64,000 nt of DNA, taken from Candidatus Woesearchaeota archaeon. Lineage in GTDB: Archaea > Nanobdellota > Nanobdellia > Pacearchaeales > GW2011-AR1. Both the position numbers and the translations under genes were made by a program. Each line of letters opens with the position of its first letter. The stretch's first letter is position 1. Positions 37,406-47,162 of this stretch are shown one piece after another. The notes under the pieces were generated by a model. That model searched no databases. It saw only the letters and a list, made by a program, of their open reading frames with translations, and was not told the origin of the DNA. The stretch covers positions 44,682-108,681 of the forward strand of contig CAZUTV010000001.1 in assembly GCA_964623495.1 (NCBI GenBank), in the 5' to 3' direction.

Positions 37406-38818
37406 ATGGTTGAAATAAAGAGTGTGGCAGACATAATAAAAGAAATCTCCCCATACTATAAGGAAAAGGGCGGACCAGAAGCAGAACATAAGCTTGTTTA
37501 TGACTCAAGCTCTGAAACTCTCGAGCCAGTTTACTTTTATATCATTGACTTAATGAATGATCTAGGGTTTAAAATTGAAAAACTAGTTGATAACTTTTCT
37601 TCTTCTGTGGGTTCTGGCCATTTTTCAGAACTTGGCCAAAGAGCAACAATTATGCAGCAGCAAGGAGCAAAAATTCTTGGTGATGTCAATACGGTTCTAA
37701 GATCTGTATTAAATATTGTATACGATTTAAAGGAATTCAGAATAAGACTTCAAACCTACGACGACTTGAAATCAAAAGATAAAAAGAAATCAGAAGGTGC
37801 AAAATACTCGCTAAAACAAATCTGGATGGATAAGGTTGATATTAACAAGGGAAATTCAAGCATAAAGGCAATGGCTCTCGGGCAGGCAGGATTTCAAACT
37901 CTAATAGACGCATTTCTAATTGTTAATGACGAAAAACTTAAGGGGCCTGATGGAAAAGAACTTGATCTGAATGACAGAGTTAAAAGAATAGTCCAGCAGA
38001 GAATTTCAGAATACAATATCTGGATTAAACAATCAGAGATGGAATTAAGAAAAAGATTTGAATTAGAGAAAACCTACCTTAAAAGCCAGGTCAATGCCCT
38101 AAAACTTTACACAAGATGGGCCAAACCCTACTTAAAAGCCGCTTCTCAGCTAGAAACAAAAGACTTTGGGAGAGATCCTGCACTAGTCAAGGTTTTCAAC
38201 ACCCTTCTCCTTGAACTAACACTTCTTGGAGCCAGGGAAATAAAAGTCAAAGAATCTGCCCTTGAAGGGGATCTTCCAAGAGAATTCACTAGAGAAGGAT
38301 TCATAAAGTCCTTGAAGAGAAAATACCATGTGTGTGTTTTGGTTGATTTTGTTTTTAGGGGGATTCCGCAAAGAGCAGGCCAGCAATTCCATTATGTTTT
38401 TGGAGGAAAAGTGGATGTTATTTTTAGAGGTTATGTTTTAAACGATGATGAGATAAATAAGATTAAGGAAGTTTTGGACAAATCAGACCTCTCAACAGCC
38501 CTATCTTTAGTTGAAGGGACCACAGAAGAAAGTCTTTCCCAAATTGAAGAAGAAATAAACTTTTATTTGGAAGAAAGAGATGAAAGTAAAGAAGAGAAGA
38601 GCGATGAGTCAAATCCTTTTCTGGCATTGTTTGGATTCTATAATAAGTCAGATTCAAAGTCTTCTGGAAAGAAAGAAAAGAAAGAGATAATCGTAGCCAA
38701 AGACAGCTGGGTTGAAAAAGCCCATCTCAGAAGGCTTGGGTCTGAAAAAGCAGTAGAAGACGCTTTTAAGGTCTTTGAAACCTACAAAAAGTCCCATGAT
38801 ATGCCTGCGTACACTTAA
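37406..38818 (+). CDS. hypothetical 470-aa largely alpha-helical protein
   Basis: ORF; track start 37370 is GTG inside the structured leader; no recognisable motifs. Confidence 0.5.
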   Translation: MVEIKSVADIIKEISPYYKEKGGPEAEHKLVYDSSSETLEPVYFYIIDLMNDLGFKIEKLVDNFSSSVGSGHFSELGQRATIMQQQGAKILGDVNTVLRSVLNIVYDLKEFRIRLQTYDDLKSKDKKKSEGAKYSLKQIWMDKVDINKGNSSIKAMALGQAGFQTLIDAFLIVNDEKLKGPDGKELDLNDRVKRIVQQRISEYNIWIKQSEMELRKRFELEKTYLKSQVNALKLYTRWAKPYLKAASQLETKDFGRDPALVKVFNTLLLELTLLGAREIKVKESALEGDLPREFTREGFIKSLKRKYHVCVLVDFVFRGIPQRAGQQFHYVFGGKVDVIFRGYVLNDDEINKIKEVLDKSDLSTALSLVEGTTEESLSQIEEEINFYLEERDESKEEKSDESNPFLALFGFYNKSDSKSSGKKEKKEIIVAKDSWVEKAHLRRLGSEKAVEDAFKVFETYKKSHDMPAYT

Positions 38819-38846
38819 TAATAAGCTTTAAAAAGCCAGGTAGTAA

Positions 38847-39263
38847 ATGATTTCTATGGCAACAGAAGCATTAGTGGTTAAACTTTCAGCTCCGTTTAGC
38901 AGACACAGGGGAAACTGCCAGTGTCCAAATTTAATGCCCCTCTGGGAGCAAATGGCTGAAACAGACAGAGCAGAAGCAGAGGCCAGAAGATATGCAGAGC
39001 AGTTTGCAGAGAACCCAGAGAAATACAAAAGAGATGTTATTTTTCAAGATGCGCTTATAAGGAGAAGGAGAAGTTTTGAATTGGCGCTTGAACTATACAG
39101 GGATGTTTTTGCACAAGCCGCAAGATCAAAAGGAATAATTTTTGAATCTGGTGGAAGAGTTGTTGAACCAGACATCATCCAAGAAGGCCAGCAATATACT
39201 ATGAACTGCAGCACTTGCAGAACAGAAATTCCTTTTGTGGAATACGAAGGCTGGAACCAGTAA
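38847..39263 (+). CDS. hypothetical protein with CxC...CxxC
   Basis: ORF; GNCQCP and NCSTCRTE. Confidence 0.4.
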   Translation: MISMATEALVVKLSAPFSRHRGNCQCPNLMPLWEQMAETDRAEAEARRYAEQFAENPEKYKRDVIFQDALIRRRRSFELALELYRDVFAQAARSKGIIFESGGRVVEPDIIQEGQQYTMNCSTCRTEIPFVEYEGWNQ

Positions 39264-39293
39264 TCTTATAAATTCTGATTAATTCTTTGATTT

Positions 39294-39734
39294 ATGTCTA
39301 TGTACAAAAAAAGAGACATTGATGAGAGGTTAAGAAATCTTGGTGCAACTCCCTTATACAAGGAAGGATGGGATTATGCAGTTACCTATAAGGGCGTGAG
39401 AATTCCAGGGATTAAGGTGACTCATCCGGGCAATGAAATTCCTGACGGTGCTGTAAGCAAGCTTGCAAGAGAAATTGCAGACATAGGAAATCTAAATTCA
39501 AATGATGTTAAAAAGGTCTTGAGGGGGATGCGCCCTTCACTTGACACCGGATTAAATTCGGGGATTTTAACCGCTTCATTTGTCTTGATAATGCTTATAA
39601 TTTCAAGAACAAAAATTCTTACGGGCAATGTAATCGGAAATATTCCTTCTTCTGCCTTAAATGGTTTAATAATCTTAGTTGTCTTTATTATTCTTGGATT
39701 GCTCTTATTAAAATTCAGAAGAGATAACTCTTAA
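39294..39734 (+). CDS. hypothetical protein with two C-terminal TM helices
   Basis: ORF plus hydrophobicity. Confidence 0.4.
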   Translation: MSMYKKRDIDERLRNLGATPLYKEGWDYAVTYKGVRIPGIKVTHPGNEIPDGAVSKLAREIADIGNLNSNDVKKVLRGMRPSLDTGLNSGILTASFVLIMLIISRTKILTGNVIGNIPSSALNGLIILVVFIILGLLLLKFRRDNS

Positions 39735-39768
39735 CAAATTTTATATATCTCTTGTTCTTTAGCTTTAT

Positions 39769-40365
39769 ATGGAAAAAACCAGCAAGCCAGCCAAAAAATC
39801 AAGCAAAATTCAAAAAACTCTTGGAAAAGTCAAGTTCAAGGAAATAATCATTCCTCTTGAGAAATCTGAAAAAAAGGAATTAGAACCTCCCAGGAAGGAT
39901 TCTGGCTTGGAGGAAGAAATTATTGAAGCAGAGGAAATAATAGATTCCCGGCAATTTCAGAAATTTTTAACAGCGTCCGGCTCCCCAACCTTAGAAAGTA
40001 TAGGAGGATCCCAGCAGCAAAGAGTAAGATTTGTTAGAAGCGAAAGGTCCGAAAGAGATCTAGATAACGATTCCTTAAAATACGATCAGGGCGGAAAAGA
40101 TTATTTTTCTCCAAATCAGGCAGATCCTGGATCTGGAAAAAGAGATTACTCTATGATAAGCGAAGCTCAGCCTTTAAGAGGAAATGATAATACTAGCAGA
40201 TTTTTGCTAAAGCCTGAAGCGCCAATGTCAGATAGGATAGAAAATCAGGCGCCATATCCTGAGATGGGAAGGCCAATAATGAATCCGGAATTTGCGCAAA
40301 ATAGAACAAAGCTCCCTTTTGAAATGGCCAAGGAAGATAAAAAATATAAAGAAGCTAGATTTTAG
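39769..40365 (+). CDS. hypothetical low-complexity / disordered protein
   Basis: ORF; Lys-rich N-terminus; Pro/Glu/Arg-rich C-terminus. Confidence 0.4.
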   Translation: MEKTSKPAKKSSKIQKTLGKVKFKEIIIPLEKSEKKELEPPRKDSGLEEEIIEAEEIIDSRQFQKFLTASGSPTLESIGGSQQQRVRFVRSERSERDLDNDSLKYDQGGKDYFSPNQADPGSGKRDYSMISEAQPLRGNDNTSRFLLKPEAPMSDRIENQAPYPEMGRPIMNPEFAQNRTKLPFEMAKEDKKYKEARF

Positions 40366-40399
40366 ATAGGTTAATAAATAAAAAATCCGTATTTTGTTT

Positions 40400-42160
40400 A
40401 TGGGAAAAGGGGAATACACAATTAAAAATTTTTATTCTGGAGGATACTCTAGTTTTAGCCCTAGTTATGGAAGTTCTTTTACAGGATATAGGACATCAGC
40501 ACAACATTTGGGTATGGCCACTGATGCAAGAACGGCAAATGTTTTAAAAGAAGTTTCTGAAAATTTATCTGCTGGAGCTAAAACCGTTGAATTAAACCAA
40601 GTTTTTCCGGAAGTTTTTGAATCAATCCCAAAAGATCAATTAAAAGAAGTAAATAGGCTTGCAAAACTAACCGGAGTAGATGTCACACTTCATGCGCCTT
40701 TAGTTGAACCTTCTGGTATGACAAAAGACGGGTTTACAGAAGCAGGAAGAGAATCTGCTGAAAGACAAATGAATCTTGCAATAGAAAGGGGGCACGAAAT
40801 AAATCCTAAAGGAAATGTTAATATAACCTTCCACTCTTCGGTTCTTCTCCCAGGACAGATAAAACCAAAAGGAAGAGAAGTTCCAGAAACATTTGTTATA
40901 AATTCGGAATCGGGCTCGGTACAAAAACTGCCCTTGAAAGAAAGAAAGTTTCCTGGAGAAGCACAGCAGCCAAACATCAAAGAAGAGGTGACTAAGATCA
41001 ATGAAGAGGTTTGGAAGCAGCAACTGACCCATCTGGCCTACAATATAGAAAGAGCAAGTGAACTTATAAGGTCTTCGGGATATCTGGCCCTAACAGCCGA
41101 AGCCGAAGAAAAAGCCGGAGAAAAATTATATCCCCAGGAAAAACAGGCAAAAAACGCCTTTAATGTTGGAACAGCTTTTCTGCAAGATTCTTATAGAGAG
41201 CTTAAAGCCCTTTACGATTTAGCATATAAAAACGCAACCGAAGAAGAAAAAAATATGCTGTTGGATTTAGGAAATAAAATTAAGGAAAGGGTGGAAGTAA
41301 TAAAAAAAGAGCCGGATAGCCGTAAAAGCATAATGTTAAGACAGGAAATTGTTGAAGATGGTCTTGCCACCCTAACCAAGATCTCCATTCCAGAGATATA
41401 CAAATCCCTAAATGATTTTGCCAAAGAAAAAACAACAGAAACATTTGCAAACGCAGCCCTTAATTCATATAAAAAATTCAAAGAAAGCACCCCCATAATA
41501 AGTATTGAAAATCCCCCTGCAGGAGGAGCATTCAGCACAGCAGAGGAATTAAAAGAAATTATAGAAAAATCTAGAGAAAAGTTTGTCAAAAAAGCTGTCG
41601 AGTCAGGAATTTCTGAATCAACTGCAAAAGAGCAGGCTGAAAAAATAATCGGAGCTACATGGGATGTCGGCCACATAAACATGCTTAGGAAATACGGCTA
41701 TGAAGGTAAAGACATTGTAAAAGAATCCGAGAAGATAGCACCCTTCTTAAAACACGTCCATCTTTCTGACAACTTTGGCTTAGAGCACACAGAATTGCCT
41801 ATGGGAATGGGAAATGTACCAATAAAAGAAATAATGGAGAAATTTGACGAAGAGGGCTTCAAAGGAAAAAAAATAATCGAAGCGATGCACTGGTGGCAGC
41901 ATTTTTCTCCTGGCGGAAAAACAAATCCTCCGTTGCAGGTAACTTTAGAGGCTTTTGGGTCTCCAATTTATTCTTCTGAATCCGGGCCTTACTGGAATCA
42001 ATCCCCTGGTCTAATACAAAATTATTATAGTGGTTATGGCCAGTTTCTTCCTGATGTTAACTACCAAACCTTTGGTGCAGGATTCTCACAGCTGCCTGCA
42101 GAACTCGGAGGACAAAGGCCAGGCCAAGGTAGTAGAATGAGCGGAAGAGGAATGGAATAA
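40400..42160 (+). CDS. xylose-isomerase-like TIM-barrel (sugar-phosphate isomerase/AP-endonuclease-2 family) split by a long coiled-coil insert, with Gly/Tyr/Ser-rich termini
   Basis: N-half TVELNQVF...VDVTLHAP; C-half KHVHLSDNFGLEHTELPMGMGNVPIKEI...GKKIIEAMH is the family metal-site motif; about 250-aa helical insert between halves; track start 40394 is TTG. Confidence 0.5.
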   Translation: MGKGEYTIKNFYSGGYSSFSPSYGSSFTGYRTSAQHLGMATDARTANVLKEVSENLSAGAKTVELNQVFPEVFESIPKDQLKEVNRLAKLTGVDVTLHAPLVEPSGMTKDGFTEAGRESAERQMNLAIERGHEINPKGNVNITFHSSVLLPGQIKPKGREVPETFVINSESGSVQKLPLKERKFPGEAQQPNIKEEVTKINEEVWKQQLTHLAYNIERASELIRSSGYLALTAEAEEKAGEKLYPQEKQAKNAFNVGTAFLQDSYRELKALYDLAYKNATEEEKNMLLDLGNKIKERVEVIKKEPDSRKSIMLRQEIVEDGLATLTKISIPEIYKSLNDFAKEKTTETFANAALNSYKKFKESTPIISIENPPAGGAFSTAEELKEIIEKSREKFVKKAVESGISESTAKEQAEKIIGATWDVGHINMLRKYGYEGKDIVKESEKIAPFLKHVHLSDNFGLEHTELPMGMGNVPIKEIMEKFDEEGFKGKKIIEAMHWWQHFSPGGKTNPPLQVTLEAFGSPIYSSESGPYWNQSPGLIQNYYSGYGQFLPDVNYQTFGAGFSQLPAELGGQRPGQGSRMSGRGME

Positions 42161-42206
42161 CAAACAAATTTAAAAACTATATACTCCAACCTATATAATA
42201 AAAAAG

Positions 42207-43196
42207 ATGGTTAAGAAAAAAAGAGGGAAAAAATCAAAGACGATACGAAAGCTTCCTAATTTAGATGATTTAAGCAAGAAAACAGAAAAGGAAAAGACAG
42301 TTGAAAGCCAAGAAAAAAAACCCATTTCTTCAAAAACCTTCAAAAAACCAAAGATTCATCTAAAACAGGAAAAGCCTAAGAAAAATTTAAATCCAAAAAA
42401 CTTTCCAAGTCTGCAGCTTAAGTCAGAGCATGATATTGCAATGGATTTTGCAGTTAAGGTCTATAAGAGATTTGACAAAATTATCAAGTCTGTTGTTCTT
42501 TTTGGCTCGACAGTAAAGCAGTCTGCTGTTGCAGGTTCAGACATTGACATTATAATAATCATAGATGATGTTGCAATAAAATGGGATCAGGAGCTTATTG
42601 CCTGGTACAGGGAAGAGCTCGAGAAAATTTTGCAAGTCAACCCTTATAAGTATGCATTGCACATAAACACAGTCAAGTTAAGCACCTGGTGGGAAGATGT
42701 AAGCAGAGGGGATCCTGTAGTTATAAATGTCTTAAGGCATGGTGAACCGATGCTGGATTATGCAGGATTCTTTGAGCCTTTAAAATATCTTTTGCTACAG
42801 GGAAAAATCCGACCTTCACCGGAAACAATTTACATATCTCTTCAAAGAGCCCCAACCCATTTAGCAAGAAGCAAAGCATCTGTATTGAGTGCAGTAGAAG
42901 GATTGTATTGGGCAATGGTTGATTCAGCTCATGCCGCCTTGATTGCAGCAAATATCCTTCCTCCTTCTCCAGAGCATCTTGCAATTGATTTAAGGGAGCA
43001 GTTTGTAAATGAAGGAAAATTAAACATGAAATATGTTGTCTGGTACAGAGACTTGCTAATGCTCCACAAAAAAATCAATCACGGAGAAATAAGGGACGTT
43101 AAAGGCTCTGATATTGACGCCTGGTATGACAGAACAAAAGAATTCATTGACGTCATGGCAAATTTAGTTAAAAATATTGTTGATAAGCAAGATTAA
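42207..43196 (+). CDS. Pol-beta-superfamily nucleotidyltransferase with C-terminal helical domain and Lys-rich N-terminal extension
   Basis: VLFGSTVKQSAVAGSDIDIIIIIDD (GS...DxD); paralogous to 47163-48968 (shared RPSPE region). Confidence 0.6.
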   Translation: MVKKKRGKKSKTIRKLPNLDDLSKKTEKEKTVESQEKKPISSKTFKKPKIHLKQEKPKKNLNPKNFPSLQLKSEHDIAMDFAVKVYKRFDKIIKSVVLFGSTVKQSAVAGSDIDIIIIIDDVAIKWDQELIAWYREELEKILQVNPYKYALHINTVKLSTWWEDVSRGDPVVINVLRHGEPMLDYAGFFEPLKYLLLQGKIRPSPETIYISLQRAPTHLARSKASVLSAVEGLYWAMVDSAHAALIAANILPPSPEHLAIDLREQFVNEGKLNMKYVVWYRDLLMLHKKINHGEIRDVKGSDIDAWYDRTKEFIDVMANLVKNIVDKQD

Positions 43197-43212
43197 CTAG
43201 AAAAATTTCTTC

Positions 43213-43497
43213 TTATGCCCCGGGGTTGGGCCCATCAGCAGAATAAACTCTACTTGGGAGATCAAAATTTGGTTTTCTTTGGGGGATAAAGACGTATTTT
43301 TCTGGGAGTATTCTTTGATAATTTAATCCATCGTCTCTGTTAACCGAAGTCTGTGTTGGGGTTCTCCAATCTCTTGATATAATCTCCCTATCATAATTAT
43401 TTTGTAAATCACTCACTCCACTCACAACAGAAAGCATAATTAATCCAGACACAAGGTTTTTTCTCATCTTAAAATCCATTTCCTTTTCTGTAATCAA
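43213..43497 (-). CDS. small secreted protein
   Basis: Signal-like N-terminus (internal start MRKNLVSGLIMLSV). Confidence 0.35.
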   Translation of the reverse strand: MITEKEMDFKMRKNLVSGLIMLSVVSGVSDLQNNYDREIISRDWRTPTQTSVNRDDGLNYQRILPEKYVFIPQRKPNFDLPSRVYSADGPNPGA

Positions 43498-43717
43498 ATT
43501 CTCTGATTATATTGAAATTATGTAGGAAAACAAGCCAGACAAAAGCCCATAGAAACAAGTCAAATCTAAGGTTGAAATCCATTCCAATTATTCCATTAAT
43601 TAAGATATAGACTATAAAGAAAAGAGCAACTGCTAATCCAAAATAGTTTACCCATATTGGTCTTTCTCTCATGATTAAATTTTGTTTTGTCATTTTAATT
43701 TCTCCTCGTTGCAGCAT
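43469..43717 (-). CDS. small 2-TM membrane protein
   Basis: ORF plus hydrophobicity. Confidence 0.35.
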   Translation of the reverse strand: MLQRGEIKMTKQNLIMRERPIWVNYFGLAVALFFIVYILINGIIGMDFNLRFDLFLWAFVWLVFLHNFNIIREFDYRKGNGF

Positions 43718-43883
43718 ACAAAGCAGCTAATCCAACAGCAGCAATCCCCCCGTAAACAACTTCTGGCTGTTTGAGGTTATATCTATCATTCCTTCCTTCG
43801 CTTAAGCCATTTGCTAGTGAAAGAACTGCCACTGAAGCAGCAGCTATTGCTCCTATTCTAAAAATGTTTGCTATTGTTTTCAT
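43695..43883 (-). CDS. small 2-TM membrane protein
   Basis: ORF plus hydrophobicity. Confidence 0.35.
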   Translation of the reverse strand: MKTIANIFRIGAIAAASVAVLSLANGLSEGRNDRYNLKQPEVVYGGIAAVGLAALYAATRRN

Positions 43884-43940
43884 TTTTTGTTTTTAGTTTA
43901 TTTAATCTAAATTATAAAAGTTAAAAAATAAAAAATAAAA

Positions 43941-44519
43941 TTAAAGTTTAGATGCTAAGTTCTTAAGCTCTTGCATTCTTGTGGTATCAACTGCATCAGG
44001 TCTTAAAGATTCATAGCTGTATCTGTCAAGTGTCTGCATTACATCCATAACATCCTTGTATCTGGCTATGGTTTCCTTAGCTTCAGCAATTTGGTCATTG
44101 CTGAACAAGCCCTTTGGAGCTTTCTTGTCAGTCATGTACTTTGCTTTGGCATATTTCTCTCTTATAGACTTGATAGTTTCATCATGTCTATTCAATGCGC
44201 CAACAATCTTGTCTCTGTCTCCAGATTCAAGACCTCCTAAAGCAGAGCCATACCAATCAACTAACTCAGAAGGTTTATATTCTCCTCTCTTCTCTTCGAA
44301 TTTAGATGCATAAACTGCTATTGCAGTAGTTACACCATCTTCAGAAGCCTGAGTACCCCTGATAAAACCTTCAGCATCTTCTCCTAAGTTAAGGCCTTTT
44401 GCACCTGCAAGTACTTCTAAAGCACCCGGAGCATATCTTCCGCCATCTTCAGTTGAAGCTAAATAAGCGGCAGCTGCACCATACTGGTATCTTTTAAAGT
44501 CTGTTCTTTGGTCAGGCAT
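43941..44519 (-). CDS. hypothetical soluble protein
   Basis: ORF with a strong promoter-like motif upstream and T-rich terminator downstream. Confidence 0.45.
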   Translation of the reverse strand: MPDQRTDFKRYQYGAAAAYLASTEDGGRYAPGALEVLAGAKGLNLGEDAEGFIRGTQASEDGVTTAIAVYASKFEEKRGEYKPSELVDWYGSALGGLESGDRDKIVGALNRHDETIKSIREKYAKAKYMTDKKAPKGLFSNDQIAEAKETIARYKDVMDVMQTLDRYSYESLRPDAVDTTRMQELKNLASKL

Positions 44520-44579
44520 TTTGTGTTTTTGTTTTTTCCTCCATTATTATGAGTATTTTTCTTAAAATTACCATAAAAC

Positions 44580-44598
44580 ACTAGTATTTAAACCTTTC
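44580..44598 (-). promoter_or_regulatory. BRE/TATA element (GAAAGGTTTAAATACTAGT on minus strand)
   Basis: About 60-80 nt upstream of the start at 44519. Confidence 0.4.
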
Positions 44599-44736
44599 TA
44601 TTTGTAACCACTTACTAATAGGAACAAAACAGAATACTTAAAAAGAGTAATTTTTCTGGTTAATTTTTAAGTCTTTATCAATATTTAAGAAACCATTACT
44701 AATCAGTTTAAAAATTTTTAGAAACCCGTATAATCT

Positions 44737-45282
44737 CTATTGCTTGCCAGAATTATCTTCAAAAACAACCTTTGTATGACACGGAAGCTTTGATCTTATC
44801 TGATTGTATAAATGCCTTACAATACTTACTGCCTTAGGGGTTTGAACAGCAATAAAAAATATTGGACTGCCTCTCTTTACTATAGCTGCTTTTCCAACAG
44901 CTTTTCCAAAAGAAAGCTGCATTCCGGTCTGCATTCTGTCGGCCCCTGCCCCGGTCAACATTTTATTCTCTCTTTGAATATGGTGCGGAAAAGGAATTAC
45001 TCTGAAATAATACTGCCCAGCAAGCTCTTCATCTAGTTTTTTGTTGATAAACTGTCTGCAAGATTCAAGGGCATTGTGCCTCACCTGTGCGTTTTCTGTA
45101 GCAACCATGGATAGTGATAAAGGTAAATTTCCTTTGCCATACAAACCAGAATTTCCCATACTAAACTTCACAATTTTCTGCGGCGGAACCACTTTTATAA
45201 AAGCCTTGCTTTTCTGTTTGCTTATTCTTGTAAAAGGAACAACAGTCTTCTTCGAATATGATAGGGCTTTTCTAAGTGCCAT
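44737..45282 (-). CDS. rpl10e: 50S ribosomal protein L10e (uL16)
   Basis: MALRKA N-terminus, FSMGN, RHNALESCRQ and RENKMLTGAGADRMQTGM L10e signatures. Confidence 0.85.
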   Translation of the reverse strand: MALRKALSYSKKTVVPFTRISKQKSKAFIKVVPPQKIVKFSMGNSGLYGKGNLPLSLSMVATENAQVRHNALESCRQFINKKLDEELAGQYYFRVIPFPHHIQRENKMLTGAGADRMQTGMQLSFGKAVGKAAIVKRGSPIFFIAVQTPKAVSIVRHLYNQIRSKLPCHTKVVFEDNSGKQ

Positions 45283-45558
45283 TTAACACTCTCCCACCAT
45301 TACAGCTGTTCGAATAGCTTGTTTAAACGCCCCTAATGGTGCTACCTGGATATAAGCAATATTTTCCCCTACAGAACCCTCAACAAAAGATGCCAATTCT
45401 CTTCCCTTGACTTCTGCAAATCTTGAAAGAGATGCAATTTGGTGTCTAATAAAAACATCGTATAATCTATCAGAATCTAAAAATTCAGATGCTCTGCTTA
45501 GCATAAAATTTCCCCATTGGCAAATCGAATTATAAGCAAATATCTTTCTATCTATCAT
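45283..45558 (-). CDS. hypothetical protein in ribosomal-protein operon
   Basis: ORF between rpl35ae and rpl10e. Confidence 0.35.
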   Translation of the reverse strand: MIDRKIFAYNSICQWGNFMLSRASEFLDSDRLYDVFIRHQIASLSRFAEVKGRELASFVEGSVGENIAYIQVAPLGAFKQAIRTAVMVGEC

Positions 45559-45869
45559 TTTATCTCCACCTTTGCGTTATGTGCTTTAGCAGATAATGCA
45601 TGCGAGAAATCTTTAATTTCGACGCTTGTTGTCAAAGCCTGGCCAGGCAGTCCTTTTTCAAATATAGCCCTAACAACGCCTTTAGTTCCGTGAGGAGCAG
45701 CTATCTTTCCGTTGATTGCTCTGCCTGCAGAAGATTTCCATTGCACACTCTTGCCTACAAACTTCTCAGCATCCTTTCTTGTTTTAGAACCTTCTATCTC
45801 TATAAGAAAGTGCCTTTCATGAACAGTATGTCTTCCTCTTCTAAATTGAATTACTTTTGCATTTACCAT
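45555..45869 (-). CDS. rpl35ae: 50S ribosomal protein L35Ae
   Basis: IQFRRGRHTVHERHFLIEIEG and HGTKGVVRAIFEKGLP L35Ae signatures. Confidence 0.8.
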   Translation of the reverse strand: MVNAKVIQFRRGRHTVHERHFLIEIEGSKTRKDAEKFVGKSVQWKSSAGRAINGKIAAPHGTKGVVRAIFEKGLPGQALTTSVEIKDFSHALSAKAHNAKVEIK

Positions 45870-45900
45870 TTTATATCGTGCAAAAAATCATTTATAAATC

Positions 45901-46998
45901 TTATCTATTCTCTAAAACAATGATTTCTCGTCCGACAATATTAGATTCCCTATATTCTTTAATTGGAAATCCCTTGACAATTTTAAGCCCGGTATTCTTA
46001 GCTATTTTCTCAAGGTTGCATGAAACCCTGGTTTTTCCGGTTTTTATCAAAGGAAGAGTAAACACAATTCTCCCAGAAACACTTTTCTTAAGATTGTTTA
46101 AAACAGAAACCATTAACCCTTCAAATCCCCTTAACATTTTATTGGCTTCTTCTAAAGAAGGAACATGCCTAAGAACTCTCCCCAAATCAGGTTCTGTAAC
46201 CACACCATCGACTTTGCCTATATCTACTTTCCTAGAGTCACCAGTAATAATAGAATACCTCTCTGAATTAAACCTCTTAAATTTCAAATTTTCCAGACAC
46301 CCTTTGATTGCTTCTTCATCTTTGTCAATTCCTACCACTCTAATCTCCTGCATCAAAGCCTCTATTAGTATCGCTCCTATGCCGCAAAAAGGATCTAATA
46401 AAATCTCTTTTTCTTTGACTAAAGACAGGTTTATCATTATCTTTGCTAGCCTAGGGGAGATAGAAAGCTCTTCTCTTCTTACCGGCTTTTCCATATCTCT
46501 TTCTTCCAGCTCCTTGTAATCACAATTTTGAATAATTCTTCCAAAAAGATCCTCAAAAACAAAAAACTCTTCATTAATTAATCCAGAAGCGATTCTTACC
46601 CTCTCTCCTGACTGCAATTCCATTGAGCCATTAAGGTTTTTTTCTGTTGCCTTTAACTCTTCTTGCTTGAATCTTTTTTTAAGATAGCCTGAAACTTTAT
46701 CATAATTCTTATCTGAGAAATTCCAAAGAACATAATTAAGCTTATTACTGGCCCCGTTGTAAATAACAGCTTTATCTAGCTCAACATCTCTGGTACCACA
46801 TAAACCCTCCCCTATTGCAATAACACCGCCAAGCCTATCGATTGCATTATTCTTTAATTTATTATCAATTTCCACTAAAAAACCATTACTCTTCAAATTA
46901 AAGCCCAGTATTTTATGCCCCTCCTTTTTCAGATAGCAAAAAACTTCCTGCTTTGAAAGCTCGGGATTTCTTCCTAGAATGAACAAGTATTGTGGCAT
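45901..46998 (-). CDS. THUMP-domain tRNA (guanine-N2)-methyltransferase (Trm11/Trm14 family)
   Basis: LDPFCGIGAILIEA SAM-binding motif of the UPF0020 MTase family after an N-terminal THUMP-like region. Confidence 0.7.
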   Translation of the reverse strand: MPQYLFILGRNPELSKQEVFCYLKKEGHKILGFNLKSNGFLVEIDNKLKNNAIDRLGGVIAIGEGLCGTRDVELDKAVIYNGASNKLNYVLWNFSDKNYDKVSGYLKKRFKQEELKATEKNLNGSMELQSGERVRIASGLINEEFFVFEDLFGRIIQNCDYKELEERDMEKPVRREELSISPRLAKIMINLSLVKEKEILLDPFCGIGAILIEALMQEIRVVGIDKDEEAIKGCLENLKFKRFNSERYSIITGDSRKVDIGKVDGVVTEPDLGRVLRHVPSLEEANKMLRGFEGLMVSVLNNLKKSVSGRIVFTLPLIKTGKTRVSCNLEKIAKNTGLKIVKGFPIKEYRESNIVGREIIVLENR

Positions 46999-47162
46999 TT
47001 TGATAATATGATAAGGATAGTATATTCTATTTTAAAAATTATGGGATTAGTATATCCATAGATTAAAGGCATTACAATGAAGATAATTATTGATATTCCT
47101 CAAACTTAGTAGTTAAGTCTATCAAATTAGTATTAACAAATTATCAAAAAATCATTAAACCC

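Noticed and set aside
37227-37418. 63-aa plus-strand ORF
   Set aside because: It runs through the GC-rich hairpin region and the SD/ATG of the downstream gene. More likely non-coding leader RNA.
40690-41682. Minus-strand ORFs 40690-41001, 40700-41032 and 41212-41682
   Set aside because: Antisense inside the 588-aa TIM-barrel gene.
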